Made by a program: the position numbers and the translations under genes. From Ferrovaceae bacterium (GTDB lineage: Bacteria > Pseudomonadota > Gammaproteobacteria > Burkholderiales > Ferrovaceae), in the NCBI GenBank assembly GCA_027449685.1, contig DAIDLC010000009.1:1993-65992 (forward strand): DNA of 64,000 nt, read 5' to 3'. This document shows positions 45,103 through 55,589 of the stretch, one piece after another. Position 1 is the first letter of the stretch. Every line of letters starts with the position of its first letter. The notes beneath the pieces are model-generated. The model worked only from the letters and a program-made list of their open reading frames with translations, searched no databases and was not told the origin of the DNA.

Positions 45103-46344
45103 ATGTCACGACGTCGTGTAGTGGTTACGGGTTTGGGGATCGTATCTCCAGTGGGAAATACGGTTGCCGAGGCTTGGTCTGCCCTGAGTGCAGGGGTCTC
45201 CGGGATTGGGCCAATCACCCGGTTTGACGCCTCTGGCATGCCTTGCCGCATTGCCGGAGAGGTCAAAGACTTCGATCCCGCCCAATTCCTGGGAATCAAG
45301 GAAGTCCGACGGGTGGACCGCTTCATCCATTTTGGACTGGTGGCCGCCATGGAGGCCCTCAAGGATGCGGGGATCGAGCCACATCCGGCCAATGCCGAGT
45401 CGGTGGGGGTGTGTATCGGGTCGGGCATCGGCGGCTTGCCCATGATTACCGACACCTGCCTCGCCTATCAGGATGGCGGCGTGCGTAAAATCTCGCCGTT
45501 TTTTATCCCTGGCAGCATTATCAACATGATTTCGGGCAATCTTTCCATTCAGTATGGTTTCAAGGGGCCCAACCTGTCCATCGTGACGGCCTGTACGACA
45601 GGTAATCACAGTATTGGTGAAGCTTCCCGCCTGATCGAATACGGTGATGCCGATGTCATGGTGGCAGGAGGTGCAGAAGCCGCAATCAACGAACTGGGGA
45701 TTGGCGGATTTTGCGCGGCGCGTGCCTTGAGTACCCGCAATGACCAACCTGCTGCGGCCAGTCGGCCCTGGGATCAGGAACGGGATGGATTCGTCATGGG
45801 TGAAGGCGCCGGTGTACTGGTACTGGAAGAACTGGAATCGGCTCGTGCCCGCGGCGCTCGAATCTATTGTGAATTGACCGGCTATGGCATGAGTGCGGAC
45901 GCTCATCACATCACGGCCCCACCGGAGGATGGCGATGGGGCTCGGCGCAGTATGCTCAATGCACTCAAAAATGCGCGCCTAAACCCAGAACAGGTAGACT
46001 ATATCAATGCCCATGGCACTTCCACACCCCTGGGTGATCTGGGCGAAACCATTGCGCTCAAACGCACCTTTGGCCCCCACGCCAAGGCGCTGGCAGTTAG
46101 TTCCACCAAGTCCATGACGGGCCACCTGCTGGGTGCTGCGGGTGGCATCGAGGCGGTTTTTGCGGTGCTGGCCATCCATCACCAGGTGGCACCGCCCACC
46201 ATCAACCTGGATCACCCCAGCCCGGAATGCGATCTGGATTACGTCCCGCATACGGCGCGCAGTATGCCCATCGACGTGGTACTGTCCAATTCTTTTGGCT
46301 TTGGCGGTACCAACGGCTCTCTGATTTTTCAACGCCTGCGTTGA
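45103..46344 (+). CDS. fabF: 3-oxoacyl-ACP synthase II
   Basis: MSRRRVVVTGLG, active-site ACTTG, and the HGTSTP and GHLLGAAG motifs. Confidence 0.95.
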   Translation: MSRRRVVVTGLGIVSPVGNTVAEAWSALSAGVSGIGPITRFDASGMPCRIAGEVKDFDPAQFLGIKEVRRVDRFIHFGLVAAMEALKDAGIEPHPANAESVGVCIGSGIGGLPMITDTCLAYQDGGVRKISPFFIPGSIINMISGNLSIQYGFKGPNLSIVTACTTGNHSIGEASRLIEYGDADVMVAGGAEAAINELGIGGFCAARALSTRNDQPAAASRPWDQERDGFVMGEGAGVLVLEELESARARGARIYCELTGYGMSADAHHITAPPEDGDGARRSMLNALKNARLNPEQVDYINAHGTSTPLGDLGETIALKRTFGPHAKALAVSSTKSMTGHLLGAAGGIEAVFAVLAIHHQVAPPTINLDHPSPECDLDYVPHTARSMPIDVVLSNSFGFGGTNGSLIFQRLR

Positions 46345-46353
46345 TCTCCTTCG

Positions 46354-47382
46354 GTGTTGCGTCGTTTCTGGACCAGCGCACTGACAGGCCTCTTGTTATG
46401 GGGGGTGTGGTTTGCTCTGATTCCCCAGCCTTTACCGCAAGTCCCCTTTGAATTCGATTTGAAATCCGGTTCTACCTTGCGTCAGGTAGCACATTCATTA
46501 CAGGCCCAACATGTCTTATGGGAGACTTGGAGCTTTATCGCAATGGGGCGCATCCTGGGACGTCAAACCCATATCAAGGCGGGCAGTTACGCCTGGACGC
46601 AGCCGATGAGTGCCTTGCAGTTACTCAACCGTCTCACGGCAGGAGACACCCAGCAAAATGAAGCACGCCTGATTGAAGGCATGAGTTTTACTCAAGTGCG
46701 TGCCTTGCTGGAATCCAATCCCCAATTGCATACCAGCAGTCCACCGCAAAACGATCGGGACATTCTCCAGCAACTGGGTTTGCCCTATGCGGGGCCGGAA
46801 GGATTGTTTTTTCCCGATACGTATTTTTTCAATCCCGGTGACAGCGAACTGGATGTACTCAGGCGGGCCGCCCGAGCCATGCAAGTGCGCCTGGACCAAG
46901 CCTGGGCACAGCGCGCTGCAGATCTGCCCTACCAAACCCCCTACCAGGCCCTGATCATGGCCTCCATCATCGAAAAAGAATCGGCCCGCGCCGAAGAGCG
47001 TCCCCTGATCGCGGGCGTTTTCATCAACCGCCTGCGACTGGGCATGCGCTTGCAAACCGACCCCACCGTCATTTATGGACTGGGGTCGCGCTATCAGGGC
47101 AACCTTCACAAGAAGGACCTGCTCTTCGATACACCGTACAACACCTATACCCGTCCAGGTTTGCCACCCACACCCATTGCCATGCCAGGTCAGGCTGCGA
47201 TCGATGCCGCATTACATCCGGCCCCTACCAAGGCATTGTACTTTGTTGCCAAGGGGGATGGTTCGCACCAGTTTTCCGACACCCTGGCGCAGCACAATCA
47301 AGCGGTTCAAAAATATCAGTTGCACCACGCGCAGTTGAATCCTGCGCTCCACCAGGAACCATCCGAGGTATCGCATCCATGA
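46354..47382 (+). CDS. mltG: Endolytic murein transglycosylase MltG (YceG)
   Basis: N-terminal TM segment, IEKES motif, YNTYTRPGLPPTPI. GTG start. Confidence 0.9.
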   Translation: MLRRFWTSALTGLLLWGVWFALIPQPLPQVPFEFDLKSGSTLRQVAHSLQAQHVLWETWSFIAMGRILGRQTHIKAGSYAWTQPMSALQLLNRLTAGDTQQNEARLIEGMSFTQVRALLESNPQLHTSSPPQNDRDILQQLGLPYAGPEGLFFPDTYFFNPGDSELDVLRRAARAMQVRLDQAWAQRAADLPYQTPYQALIMASIIEKESARAEERPLIAGVFINRLRLGMRLQTDPTVIYGLGSRYQGNLHKKDLLFDTPYNTYTRPGLPPTPIAMPGQAAIDAALHPAPTKALYFVAKGDGSHQFSDTLAQHNQAVQKYQLHHAQLNPALHQEPSEVSHP

Positions 47383-48002
47383 ATCCCATGCGCGGCCGAT
47401 TCATCACTCTCGAAGGAATTGACGGTGCCGGAAAAAGCACTCATATGCCGTCTTTGGTTCAGTGGGTAACCCAGCGCGGTCATCAGGTCTTGCAAACGCG
47501 CGAACCTGGGGGAACCGAACTGGGCGAAGCGTTGCGTCAACTGCTGCTGCATCAGGACATGCAGGTGGACACCGAAACGCTGCTCCTCTTCGCAGCGCGT
47601 GCCGAACTGGTGCAAGCGGTGATTCGACCGGCGCTGGAGCGGGGGCAGTGGGTGGTCAGCGATCGTTTTACCGATGCCAGTTTTGCCTATCAGCAGGGCG
47701 GACGGGGGGTAGCCCGTGCGCATCTGGAGTTTTTGGAAAACTGGGTCGTGGAAGGCTTGCAACCCGATCTCACGTTTTTATTCGACCTGGACCCGGTCAC
47801 AGCCCAGCAACGCGTGCAACGTGCCAGTGCCAAACCAGACCGTTTTGAACAGCAGGGAGGTACTTTTTTTGAACGGGTGCGTGCCGCTTATCTGGAACGG
47901 GCCACCCGCCATGCCTCACGCTTCTGTGTCTTGCCTGCAGCACAACCGGCGACCCACTTGTGGAGCCTGATAGAACAACAACTGAGTAGGCGCTTTCCAT
48001 GA
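47379..48002 (+). CDS. tmk: Thymidylate kinase
   Basis: FITLEGIDGAGKST and DRF. ATGA overlap with mltG. Confidence 0.95.
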   Translation: MNPMRGRFITLEGIDGAGKSTHMPSLVQWVTQRGHQVLQTREPGGTELGEALRQLLLHQDMQVDTETLLLFAARAELVQAVIRPALERGQWVVSDRFTDASFAYQQGGRGVARAHLEFLENWVVEGLQPDLTFLFDLDPVTAQQRVQRASAKPDRFEQQGGTFFERVRAAYLERATRHASRFCVLPAAQPATHLWSLIEQQLSRRFP

Positions 48003-48997
48003 TCTATCCCTGGTTGCAACAGGCCTTCGAGCGCTTTCAACAAGGTCCACCGCCTCAGGCACTGTTAGTTTCCGGACCCAGGGGCATAGGCATTTCCGTC
48101 TTTGCACAGCAGCTGGTGCAGGGGTTGTTTTGCGAGCATCCCACGACGAACAGATCTGGTTGTGGGTCGTGCTCTCCTTGTCACTGGATCATGGCCGGGT
48201 CGCATCCGGATTTTCGTTTGCTGGAGCCTGAATCCGCCGGGGCCCCCGGAGCGGAAACCCCGCGCTCCGGGGTTGTCGAGGAAAACCGCTCCGCGTCGGG
48301 TAGCGTCTGGATTACGGTGGATGCCGTTCGCTCCTTGAACGACTTTCTGGTATTGAGCACCCACCGCACAGGGTATCGTGTGGTTCTGATAGACCCGGCC
48401 GACGCGCTCAATCCCAGCGCAGCCAATGCCTTGCTCAAGGTCCTGGAAGAGCCGCGCCAGGGAACCCTCTTCATACTGGTGAGCGAACGCGCAACCCGGA
48501 TTCCCGCTACGATACGAAGCCGCTGTCAACACTGGAAACTGGGCCTGCCGAGCCCCCGCTTGGCGCTGGCGTGGCTGGAATCCCAAGCGATCTCCAACGC
48601 CGAACACTGGCTTGCCCTGGCTGGGCAAGCACCACTGGAAGCGCAGCGTTTGGCGCTGCAGGATCAGGGGGAGCGCAGGGCCTGGCTGGAGGCGTTTACA
48701 GGGGGCCAACTGACACTGATTCAACTCTCCGAGCAAACCGCCAAGTTACCACTACCCGAGTGGCTGAACTGGTTGCAACGCTGGGTCTTTGATTTGATCG
48801 AATTCAAATCCTGGGGTCAGGTTCGCTACCATCTGGCCTTTTCGGCCCAAGTGGCCCGCATGAGTGAACGATTTTCCCTGCAGGAGCTGCTGGCCTGGGA
48901 AATATCCTTGCGCGAGGGACGGCGCCTGATGCAGCATCCGCTCAACCCACGCTTGCTGGCCGAACAGTTGTTACTGCCGTGCTACCTGTCCCGCTGA
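47999..48997 (+). CDS. holB: DNA polymerase III delta' subunit
   Basis: The position after tmk, a Cys cluster (CGSCSPCHW) and the SRC motif (IRSRCQ). Confidence 0.9.
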   Translation: MIYPWLQQAFERFQQGPPPQALLVSGPRGIGISVFAQQLVQGLFCEHPTTNRSGCGSCSPCHWIMAGSHPDFRLLEPESAGAPGAETPRSGVVEENRSASGSVWITVDAVRSLNDFLVLSTHRTGYRVVLIDPADALNPSAANALLKVLEEPRQGTLFILVSERATRIPATIRSRCQHWKLGLPSPRLALAWLESQAISNAEHWLALAGQAPLEAQRLALQDQGERRAWLEAFTGGQLTLIQLSEQTAKLPLPEWLNWLQRWVFDLIEFKSWGQVRYHLAFSAQVARMSERFSLQELLAWEISLREGRRLMQHPLNPRLLAEQLLLPCYLSR

Positions 48998-49074
48998 GCA
49001 GATCCGGTTACAGTAAATTGCTTCGCAAGGCGCGCTGATCATGCAATAATCAGAATTTCTGGTTTGCCTTTGCC

Positions 49075-49842
49075 ATGTTTGTCGACTCCCACTGCCATCT
49101 GGATTTTCCCGAACTTCGTACCCGCTTGCCCCAAATCCAAAGCGCCATGGTGGAGAATCAAGTCACTCATGCATTGTGCATTGCCGTGCAGCCCGACACT
49201 CTCAACGACGTATTGCAGGTCTCCCAATGTCATCCTCACTGGTACGCCACCGTGGGGGTCCACCCGGATTACGAATTACCCCGGGAACCCACCCAGGAAG
49301 AGCTATACACCTGGGCTCAGGAACCAAAAGTTGTAGGGATTGGCGAAACCGGCCTGGATTATTTCCGTTTGCTGGAACGCCCCCAGTGGCAGCGAGAGCG
49401 TTTTCGCACCCATATCCGTGCGGCCCGGGCAACGGGTAAACCACTGATCATCCATACCCGATCGGCTGCCGCAGATACCTTGCGCATCATGCAGGAAGAA
49501 GGCGCTGCCGCAGTGGGTGGGGTCATGCATTGCTTTACCGAATCCCTGGAAGTGGCAGAAGCGGCCATGGCCATGGGATTCCTGATTTCCTTTTCGGGCA
49601 TTGTTACCTTCAAAAATGCCCAGGCCCTCAAAGCGCTGGCTCGTACCATTCCTCTGGAACGCATGCTGATCGAAACCGACTCCCCCTATCTGGCCCCCAC
49701 ACCCTACCGGGGTAAAACCAATGAGCCCTCCTTCGTGCGTCATGTGGCCCGGGAAATCGCTGTGCTGCGGGGCATTTCTGAAGAACAGGTAGGTTTGCGC
49801 ACCAGTCAGAATTTCTTCGAATTATTTCGGGTGGCGGCTTGA
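49075..49842 (+). CDS. ycfH: TatD family metal-dependent hydrolase (YcfH-like)
   Basis: MFVDSHCHLDF and ETDSPYLAP. Confidence 0.9.
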   Translation: MFVDSHCHLDFPELRTRLPQIQSAMVENQVTHALCIAVQPDTLNDVLQVSQCHPHWYATVGVHPDYELPREPTQEELYTWAQEPKVVGIGETGLDYFRLLERPQWQRERFRTHIRAARATGKPLIIHTRSAAADTLRIMQEEGAAAVGGVMHCFTESLEVAEAAMAMGFLISFSGIVTFKNAQALKALARTIPLERMLIETDSPYLAPTPYRGKTNEPSFVRHVAREIAVLRGISEEQVGLRTSQNFFELFRVAA

Positions 49843-49962
49843 TATACTTCAGTTTCAGTCCAAACGATCGAACGTGCATCCGGTTTCTGAGCCGTGCAAG
49901 CGCATCGATGACTGGACAGATGGCCTGCGCCTCTTAACATTATCTTGAATGGGAGACTTAAC

Positions 49963-52107
49963 ATGAATTCAACCCTGGACCGACGTGAATTCATCAAGCG
50001 TGTGCTGCTGACCAGTGGCGGGTTTGCCCTGCAATGGACTGCCCCGCACGAGGCCCAGGCCGAATCCCCGCACACCTTCTCACCCAACCCCTGGGTACGT
50101 GTGGAGGCCAACGGCCACGTGACCATCCTGGTGGATAAATCCGAGATGGGGCAGGGGGTGATGACCGCCTTACCCATGATCCTGGCCGAGGAAATGGACC
50201 TGGACTGGTCCATGATCCATGTGGAGTTTGCTCCGGCTGCCCCGGAATATGCCCATCCCTGGTTTCATACCCAGGCAACCGGGGGTTCCACCTCGGTACG
50301 CGCCATGTGGCAACCCTTGCGTCAGGCAGGCGCCACCGCCCGCGAATTGTTACGGGCCGCAGCGGCCCAGCAATGGAATCTCCCGCCAGAACAGATCAAG
50401 ATCAGTCAGGGCGTGCTGCAAGCTGGTGTACATCGGGCCACCTTTGCCGATATGGTCCCTCACACCGCACAACTGCCTGTGCCGCGTTCGGTCACGCTCA
50501 AGTCCCCCGACAGTTTTCACCTGATTGGCAAACCTGCGCATCGCCTGGATAGTCTGCCCAAATCCACGGGCATTGCCGCTTTTGGTCTGGACAAGCGCCT
50601 TCCCGGGTTGCTGACCGCCGTGGTGGCGCGCCCGGCGGTGTTGGGTTCAAGCCTGCTACATTACGATGCCAGTGCGGCACTCAAACAACCGGGGGTCCGT
50701 TTCGTATTGCCAGTGCAATCCCCCACGGGTCAAGGATTGGCCGTATTGGCAGATACCACTTGGCACGCCATGAAGGCCCGTGATCTGTTGCACATCCAAT
50801 GGGATGAAAGCGCGCATAAAACCCGTTCCACGGCTTCCTTGCGCCAGGAGATGGCGCTCCTGCTGGATACTGGAGAAAGCGCCAAAATGGCCTTGCAACG
50901 TACCAGCGCTGCAGCAATTCCCGAGTCTTCGGGGGTAACGACACTGCAGGCCCGTTATGAAGCGCCCTATCTGGCCCATGCGCCCATGGAGCCCATGAAC
51001 TGCACCGCCTGGGTTCAGCCCGACCGCGTGGATTTATGGGTTGGAACGCAAGCCCAAGGCCCCAATCAGCAACTGGCAGCCCAATTGACGGGGTTAACGC
51101 CGCAACAGGTGAATGTCCATACCCAGTTTTTGGGTGGGGGATTTGGGCGTCGATTCGCACCTGATTTTGTCACCGAAGCGGTGAGCCTGTCACGCGATGC
51201 CGGGGCTCCGGTCAAAGTGGTTTATACCCGTGAAGACGACATGCAGGCGCAATACTATCGCCCCATGGCGCTGTGTCAGATGGAAGCCAAACTAGATACC
51301 AAAGGCCAGATCCTGCACTATGCCATTCACACGGCCTGCGATTCCATTGCTCTGGGCACTGGATTCGAATCCGCCATCATCGACAAGGGCATTGACAGGA
51401 CATCGGTAGAAGGGCTGGCAGATATTCCCTATCACTTGCCAGACTTTCAAGTGCGCTGGACGCCCTTTGCACCAGGCGTGCGCGTGTGGTTCTGGCGCTC
51501 GGTGGGGCATACACAAAACAGTTTTTTTTCTGAGTCCTTCATGGACGAAATGGCCCATGCAGCCGGGGCTGATCCCTTCGAATATCGGCGAGCCCTGCTG
51601 ACACAAGCCCCACGCACCAAAGCCGTTCTGGAACGGGTCGCTCAGGAATCCGGGTGGGGGCAACCTCTACCAGCAGGGCGGGCACGGGGCATTGCCCTGG
51701 TGGAATCCTTTGGCAGCATCGTGGCTGAAGTGGCTGAGGTTTCCCTGGAGCAAGGACAACCCCGCGTGCATCGGGTCACTATCGCGGCAGATATCGGCAC
51801 CGTGGTCAACCCGGACATTGCCGCGGCACAAATGGAAGGTGCCATGATTTATGGTCTGGGTGCGGCGTTGTACGGTGAAATCACCTTTACCGATGGAAAA
51901 ATCGATCAATCCAACTTCCACGATTATCCGCTACTGCGTTTGACGGCCATGCCGCAGGTGTCTGTACACTTCGTGCCTTCCTCCGAACCCCCGGGCGGAG
52001 TAGGGGAACCCGGCACCCCGCCTATTGCCCCGGCGGTATGCAATGCCTTGTTCAGCCTAACAGGAAAGCGGATACGTTCCCTCCCATTGGCGCGGCAAAG
52101 TCTGTAA
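49963..52107 (+). CDS. Molybdopterin-binding subunit of an aldehyde oxidase/xanthine dehydrogenase-family oxidoreductase (IorB-like), with a Tat signal
   Basis: The twin-arginine motif DRREFIK is followed by a hydrophobic stretch. The IorB-like length and conserved C-terminal GGVGEPGTPPIAPAV fit. No Fe-S small-subunit gene is adjacent. Confidence 0.8.
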   Translation: MNSTLDRREFIKRVLLTSGGFALQWTAPHEAQAESPHTFSPNPWVRVEANGHVTILVDKSEMGQGVMTALPMILAEEMDLDWSMIHVEFAPAAPEYAHPWFHTQATGGSTSVRAMWQPLRQAGATARELLRAAAAQQWNLPPEQIKISQGVLQAGVHRATFADMVPHTAQLPVPRSVTLKSPDSFHLIGKPAHRLDSLPKSTGIAAFGLDKRLPGLLTAVVARPAVLGSSLLHYDASAALKQPGVRFVLPVQSPTGQGLAVLADTTWHAMKARDLLHIQWDESAHKTRSTASLRQEMALLLDTGESAKMALQRTSAAAIPESSGVTTLQARYEAPYLAHAPMEPMNCTAWVQPDRVDLWVGTQAQGPNQQLAAQLTGLTPQQVNVHTQFLGGGFGRRFAPDFVTEAVSLSRDAGAPVKVVYTREDDMQAQYYRPMALCQMEAKLDTKGQILHYAIHTACDSIALGTGFESAIIDKGIDRTSVEGLADIPYHLPDFQVRWTPFAPGVRVWFWRSVGHTQNSFFSESFMDEMAHAAGADPFEYRRALLTQAPRTKAVLERVAQESGWGQPLPAGRARGIALVESFGSIVAEVAEVSLEQGQPRVHRVTIAADIGTVVNPDIAAAQMEGAMIYGLGAALYGEITFTDGKIDQSNFHDYPLLRLTAMPQVSVHFVPSSEPPGGVGEPGTPPIAPAVCNALFSLTGKRIRSLPLARQSL

Positions 52108-52112
52108 TCATC

Positions 52113-52910
52113 ATGCGTAAATCTTTGCTGGATATCAGCGCCATGCACGCCCGTGGTGAAAAAATTGCCATGTTGACCTGCTACGACTCCAGTTTTGCGC
52201 GGGTGTTGGAGCAAGCCGGGGTGGACATGCTACTCATTGGTGATTCGCTGGGCATGGTCGTTCAAGGTCACGACTCCCCCATCCCGGTGAGCATCGGGGA
52301 CATCGCCTATCACACGGCCTGCGTGGCCCGAGGTTCGCAATCTGTATTCATTTTGGCGGATATGCCTTTCGGCAGTTCCCAGGTTACGCCCCAGGAAACC
52401 TTTCGCAATGCGGCAGAATTGATGCGCGCCGGGGCCCAGATGGTAAAAATCGAAGGGGGCCGTGAAATGGCTGCTACCGTGGAATTCCTCGTCAGTCGGG
52501 GCATTCCGGTCTGCTCCCACGTGGGGCTGACCCCTCAGTCCGTCCATCAGATGGGGGGTTTTAAGGTACAAGGGCGGGATAGTGCTGCCGCCGAACGAAT
52601 CATCGAGGATGCCAAAACGCTGGAAGCAAGCGGCGCCAGCATCCTGCTCATGGAGGCCATCCCGCGCGCGCTGGCGGATCGATTATGCGACGCCGTCAAA
52701 CTCCCCACCATCGGAATTGGCGCGAGTGCCCGGTGCAGCGGTCAAGTGTTGGTGATTTATGACATGCTGGGTCTGGGAGCGTACATTCCGCCCCGTTTTG
52801 TACGCCCCTTCATTCAAGAGACAGGATCCATCGAGGCGGCCGTAAAACTGTATGTAGCCGAAGTCAAATCGGGACGCTTTCCAGGGCCAGAGCATTGTTA
52901 CGGCTTCTGA
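52113..52910 (+). CDS. panB: 3-methyl-2-oxobutanoate hydroxymethyltransferase
   Basis: KIAMLTCYDSSFA, LLIGDSLGMV, KIEGG. Confidence 0.95.
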   Translation: MRKSLLDISAMHARGEKIAMLTCYDSSFARVLEQAGVDMLLIGDSLGMVVQGHDSPIPVSIGDIAYHTACVARGSQSVFILADMPFGSSQVTPQETFRNAAELMRAGAQMVKIEGGREMAATVEFLVSRGIPVCSHVGLTPQSVHQMGGFKVQGRDSAAAERIIEDAKTLEASGASILLMEAIPRALADRLCDAVKLPTIGIGASARCSGQVLVIYDMLGLGAYIPPRFVRPFIQETGSIEAAVKLYVAEVKSGRFPGPEHCYGF

Positions 52911-52984
52911 TATTCAGCCCCGCCCGTCAACGGCTGGTCCATTGGTGCACCCTGGGCCAGCCTATCGGCTTGCGGCAGCATCTC

Positions 52985-54379
52985 GTGCGCTTTTTTCTGT
53001 TACTGCGTGGGCTGGGCTTCTGCCTGATGGGTCTTGGCCCCTATGGACTGGCCTACGGTCAACCTTTAACGCTCTCCGAGGCCCCACACGCCCTGCCCCA
53101 ACCCGCTCAGGCCGCCTTGGCCAAAAACGCTTTCAGTCTGACTCTCAATCAGGCCAAGGCCTATGCCGTTGCCCATCAAACCACGGTATTGTTGGCCCTG
53201 GAACAATTGAACGAAAGCGCGGATCGGGCCCGGGAAGTGCGTGCCGGACTGTTACCCAGCATGGAATTCAAAACCTACCAGATTCGTCAAACCGAAAACT
53301 TGAAAGCCATTGGTATCAGCTTGCCCGGATTACCGGTGGTCATCGGACCCTTCGACACCTTCGATGCCCGCGTACGGTTGACGCAGCGCGTGTTCGATCT
53401 TACTCAGATCTACTCTGTCCAGGCGGCCAATGATGCCGTAGAAGCAACCCGCTGGCGTACCCTTGCCACCGAACAACAAGTGGCGGGCGCTGCGGCTTTG
53501 GCCTATGTAGAACTGCTGCGCAGCCGTGCCAGTGTCGTTGCGGCCCAAGCCAACCAGACCTTGGCGCAGCGCCTGTTACAACTGGCCCGAGACCAGCAGG
53601 GCGCAGGTTTATCCACCGGGGTGGATGTGGTCCGCGCCGAAAATGCGCTAGCCCGCAATGCCCTGTATCTGCGCCAGGCCAGGCAGTTGGAAAGTTCGGC
53701 CGATACCCGATTGCACCGTGCACTGGGGATTGAGATGCAAACGACCCTGTTGTTGACAGATTCGTTGGAAGTGGCTGCGGGTGAAGTCGCCTCAACCCCA
53801 CCCGAAGCCCAGAGCATCGAGCAAGCTCTGGAATCCCGACCCGAATTGCAAGCGCTGCAACAAGTGGTGAGTCAACGTCGGCAGGAGCGACGCGCCGCAC
53901 TGGCAGAAAACGTTCCGGCCTTCAGCCTGTCCGGAGACTTGGGATCCAGCGGAGTCAATCCCACCCACTACGACTACCGAACCTATAGCTATGGCATTCA
54001 GATGACGCTGCCCCTGGCCCAGGGCGGAGCCATGAATGCCCGTGAGGATGCGGCCCATAGCCGCGAACGGCAGGCCGAACTCGCCTTGCAGGATACCCGC
54101 CAGCAGGTGGAAGAAGACGTGCGTCTGGCGCTTATTTCGGTGCAAACCAGCCAGGAGCAGATGCAGACGGCTCAAACCGGCCTCACGCTGGCCTTGCGTT
54201 TGGAAGAACAGGCCCAGGATCGTTTCTCCAGCGGGGTAGCAGACAATCTGGAGTTGGTGGACGCGCAGACGAATCTCGCCAGCGCACGCAGCACCTGGAT
54301 CGACGCCGAAGCGGCTTGGCGCATGGCGCGCATCAACCTGGATCTGGCCCTGGGCCGGCTGGACTATGCAACCCCCTAA
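52985..54379 (+). CDS. TolC-family outer-membrane efflux protein
   Basis: A signal-peptide-like start (VRFFLLLRGLGFCLMGLGPYGLAYG/Q) and two tandem OEP repeats rich in Ala, Leu and Gln. The start is uncertain; the ORF opens at the TTG at 52895. Confidence 0.8.
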   Translation: MRFFLLLRGLGFCLMGLGPYGLAYGQPLTLSEAPHALPQPAQAALAKNAFSLTLNQAKAYAVAHQTTVLLALEQLNESADRAREVRAGLLPSMEFKTYQIRQTENLKAIGISLPGLPVVIGPFDTFDARVRLTQRVFDLTQIYSVQAANDAVEATRWRTLATEQQVAGAAALAYVELLRSRASVVAAQANQTLAQRLLQLARDQQGAGLSTGVDVVRAENALARNALYLRQARQLESSADTRLHRALGIEMQTTLLLTDSLEVAAGEVASTPPEAQSIEQALESRPELQALQQVVSQRRQERRAALAENVPAFSLSGDLGSSGVNPTHYDYRTYSYGIQMTLPLAQGGAMNAREDAAHSRERQAELALQDTRQQVEEDVRLALISVQTSQEQMQTAQTGLTLALRLEEQAQDRFSSGVADNLELVDAQTNLASARSTWIDAEAAWRMARINLDLALGRLDYATP

Positions 54380-54398
54380 CGGATAGCGAGTAAACCCC

Positions 54399-55589
54399 AT
54401 GAGCGAATCAAGCACGCCAGCGACTGTGGCTACGGCACCACCCCATGCGGATCCGGATATGGCAAAGCGCCGCAAAACCCGTTTGCAACGCTTGGGAATG
54501 CTGGCCGTGTTACTCATTGTAGTGGCGATTTTTCTGTTCTGGTTTTTGACCCGCAATGAGGAATCCACCGACGATGCCTTCATCGAATCCAACGTGGTAC
54601 AAATCAGCCCCCATGTGGGCGGATACGTGGCAAAAGTATTGGTGAACGACAATCAGTGGGTCAAACAGGGCGAGGTATTGGCAGAGATCGATGCCCGTGA
54701 CTATGCCTTGCGGGTTGCCCAGGCGCAAGCCGTTCTGGAAGCAGCCAGACACCGCCACGGCGCCGAGCAGCAAGATCTTTCCGTCACCACCACGGTCACC
54801 GAAACCGGCCTGGATCAGGCCCGCAGCGCCCTGGATGCCGCCCGTTCCACCGCGGCTCAGGCCGAAGCCCAGGATCGGGCGGCAGAGGCGCAAGCACAAT
54901 TGACCCAGCAGGATGTGCTGCGCTATCAAACCCTGTTCAAAAAGGATGAAATTTCACGGCAAAGACTGGATCAGGTTCTCGCCGCCGACAAGACGGCTCA
55001 GGCTCAGGCTCAGGCGGCACAACGTGCGGTCAGCGCAGCCCAGGCTCTGGTTGAGCAAGCCCAGGCACGCGTTGCCGAAGCCCGCTCCGGGCCACGGCAG
55101 GTGGCGCTCAAACAGGCGCAAGTGGCTGGCGGAGCAGCGTCGGTACAGGAGGCTCAGGCTGCTTTGGATCAAGCGCTGCTGGAATTGTCCTATACCCATC
55201 TGGTTGCACCGGTGGCCGGGCGTGTGGCACGTAAATCCCTATTCCAGGGGCAGTTGATTCAACCAGGCCCGCCGGTCATGGCCATCGTGTATGGCGCTCC
55301 CTGGGTGGTGGCCAATTTCAAGGAAACGCAACTGGCTCGCATGCGTCCCGGTCAAGCGGTCAAGGTTAAAGTGGATGCTTTTCCCGGGCGCATCTGGCAT
55401 GCCCACGTGGACAGCATTCAACCGGGCACGGGTGCGCGTTTCAGTCTGCTGCCCCCAGAAAACGCCAGTGGCAACTATGTCAAGGTGGTGCAACGCGTTC
55501 CCGTCAAGATCCTGTTTGATGAACCCCCACAAGATCTGCTCGCGCTGGTTCCCGGCATGTCCGTAGAACCCCAGGTGCAACTGCAATGA
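54399..55589 (+). CDS. emrA: HlyD/EmrA-family membrane fusion protein
   Basis: A single N-terminal TM segment, a long Ala/Gln coiled coil, and a C-terminal SGNYVKVVQRVPV motif as in EmrA. Confidence 0.85.
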   Translation: MSESSTPATVATAPPHADPDMAKRRKTRLQRLGMLAVLLIVVAIFLFWFLTRNEESTDDAFIESNVVQISPHVGGYVAKVLVNDNQWVKQGEVLAEIDARDYALRVAQAQAVLEAARHRHGAEQQDLSVTTTVTETGLDQARSALDAARSTAAQAEAQDRAAEAQAQLTQQDVLRYQTLFKKDEISRQRLDQVLAADKTAQAQAQAAQRAVSAAQALVEQAQARVAEARSGPRQVALKQAQVAGGAASVQEAQAALDQALLELSYTHLVAPVAGRVARKSLFQGQLIQPGPPVMAIVYGAPWVVANFKETQLARMRPGQAVKVKVDAFPGRIWHAHVDSIQPGTGARFSLLPPENASGNYVKVVQRVPVKILFDEPPQDLLALVPGMSVEPQVQLQ

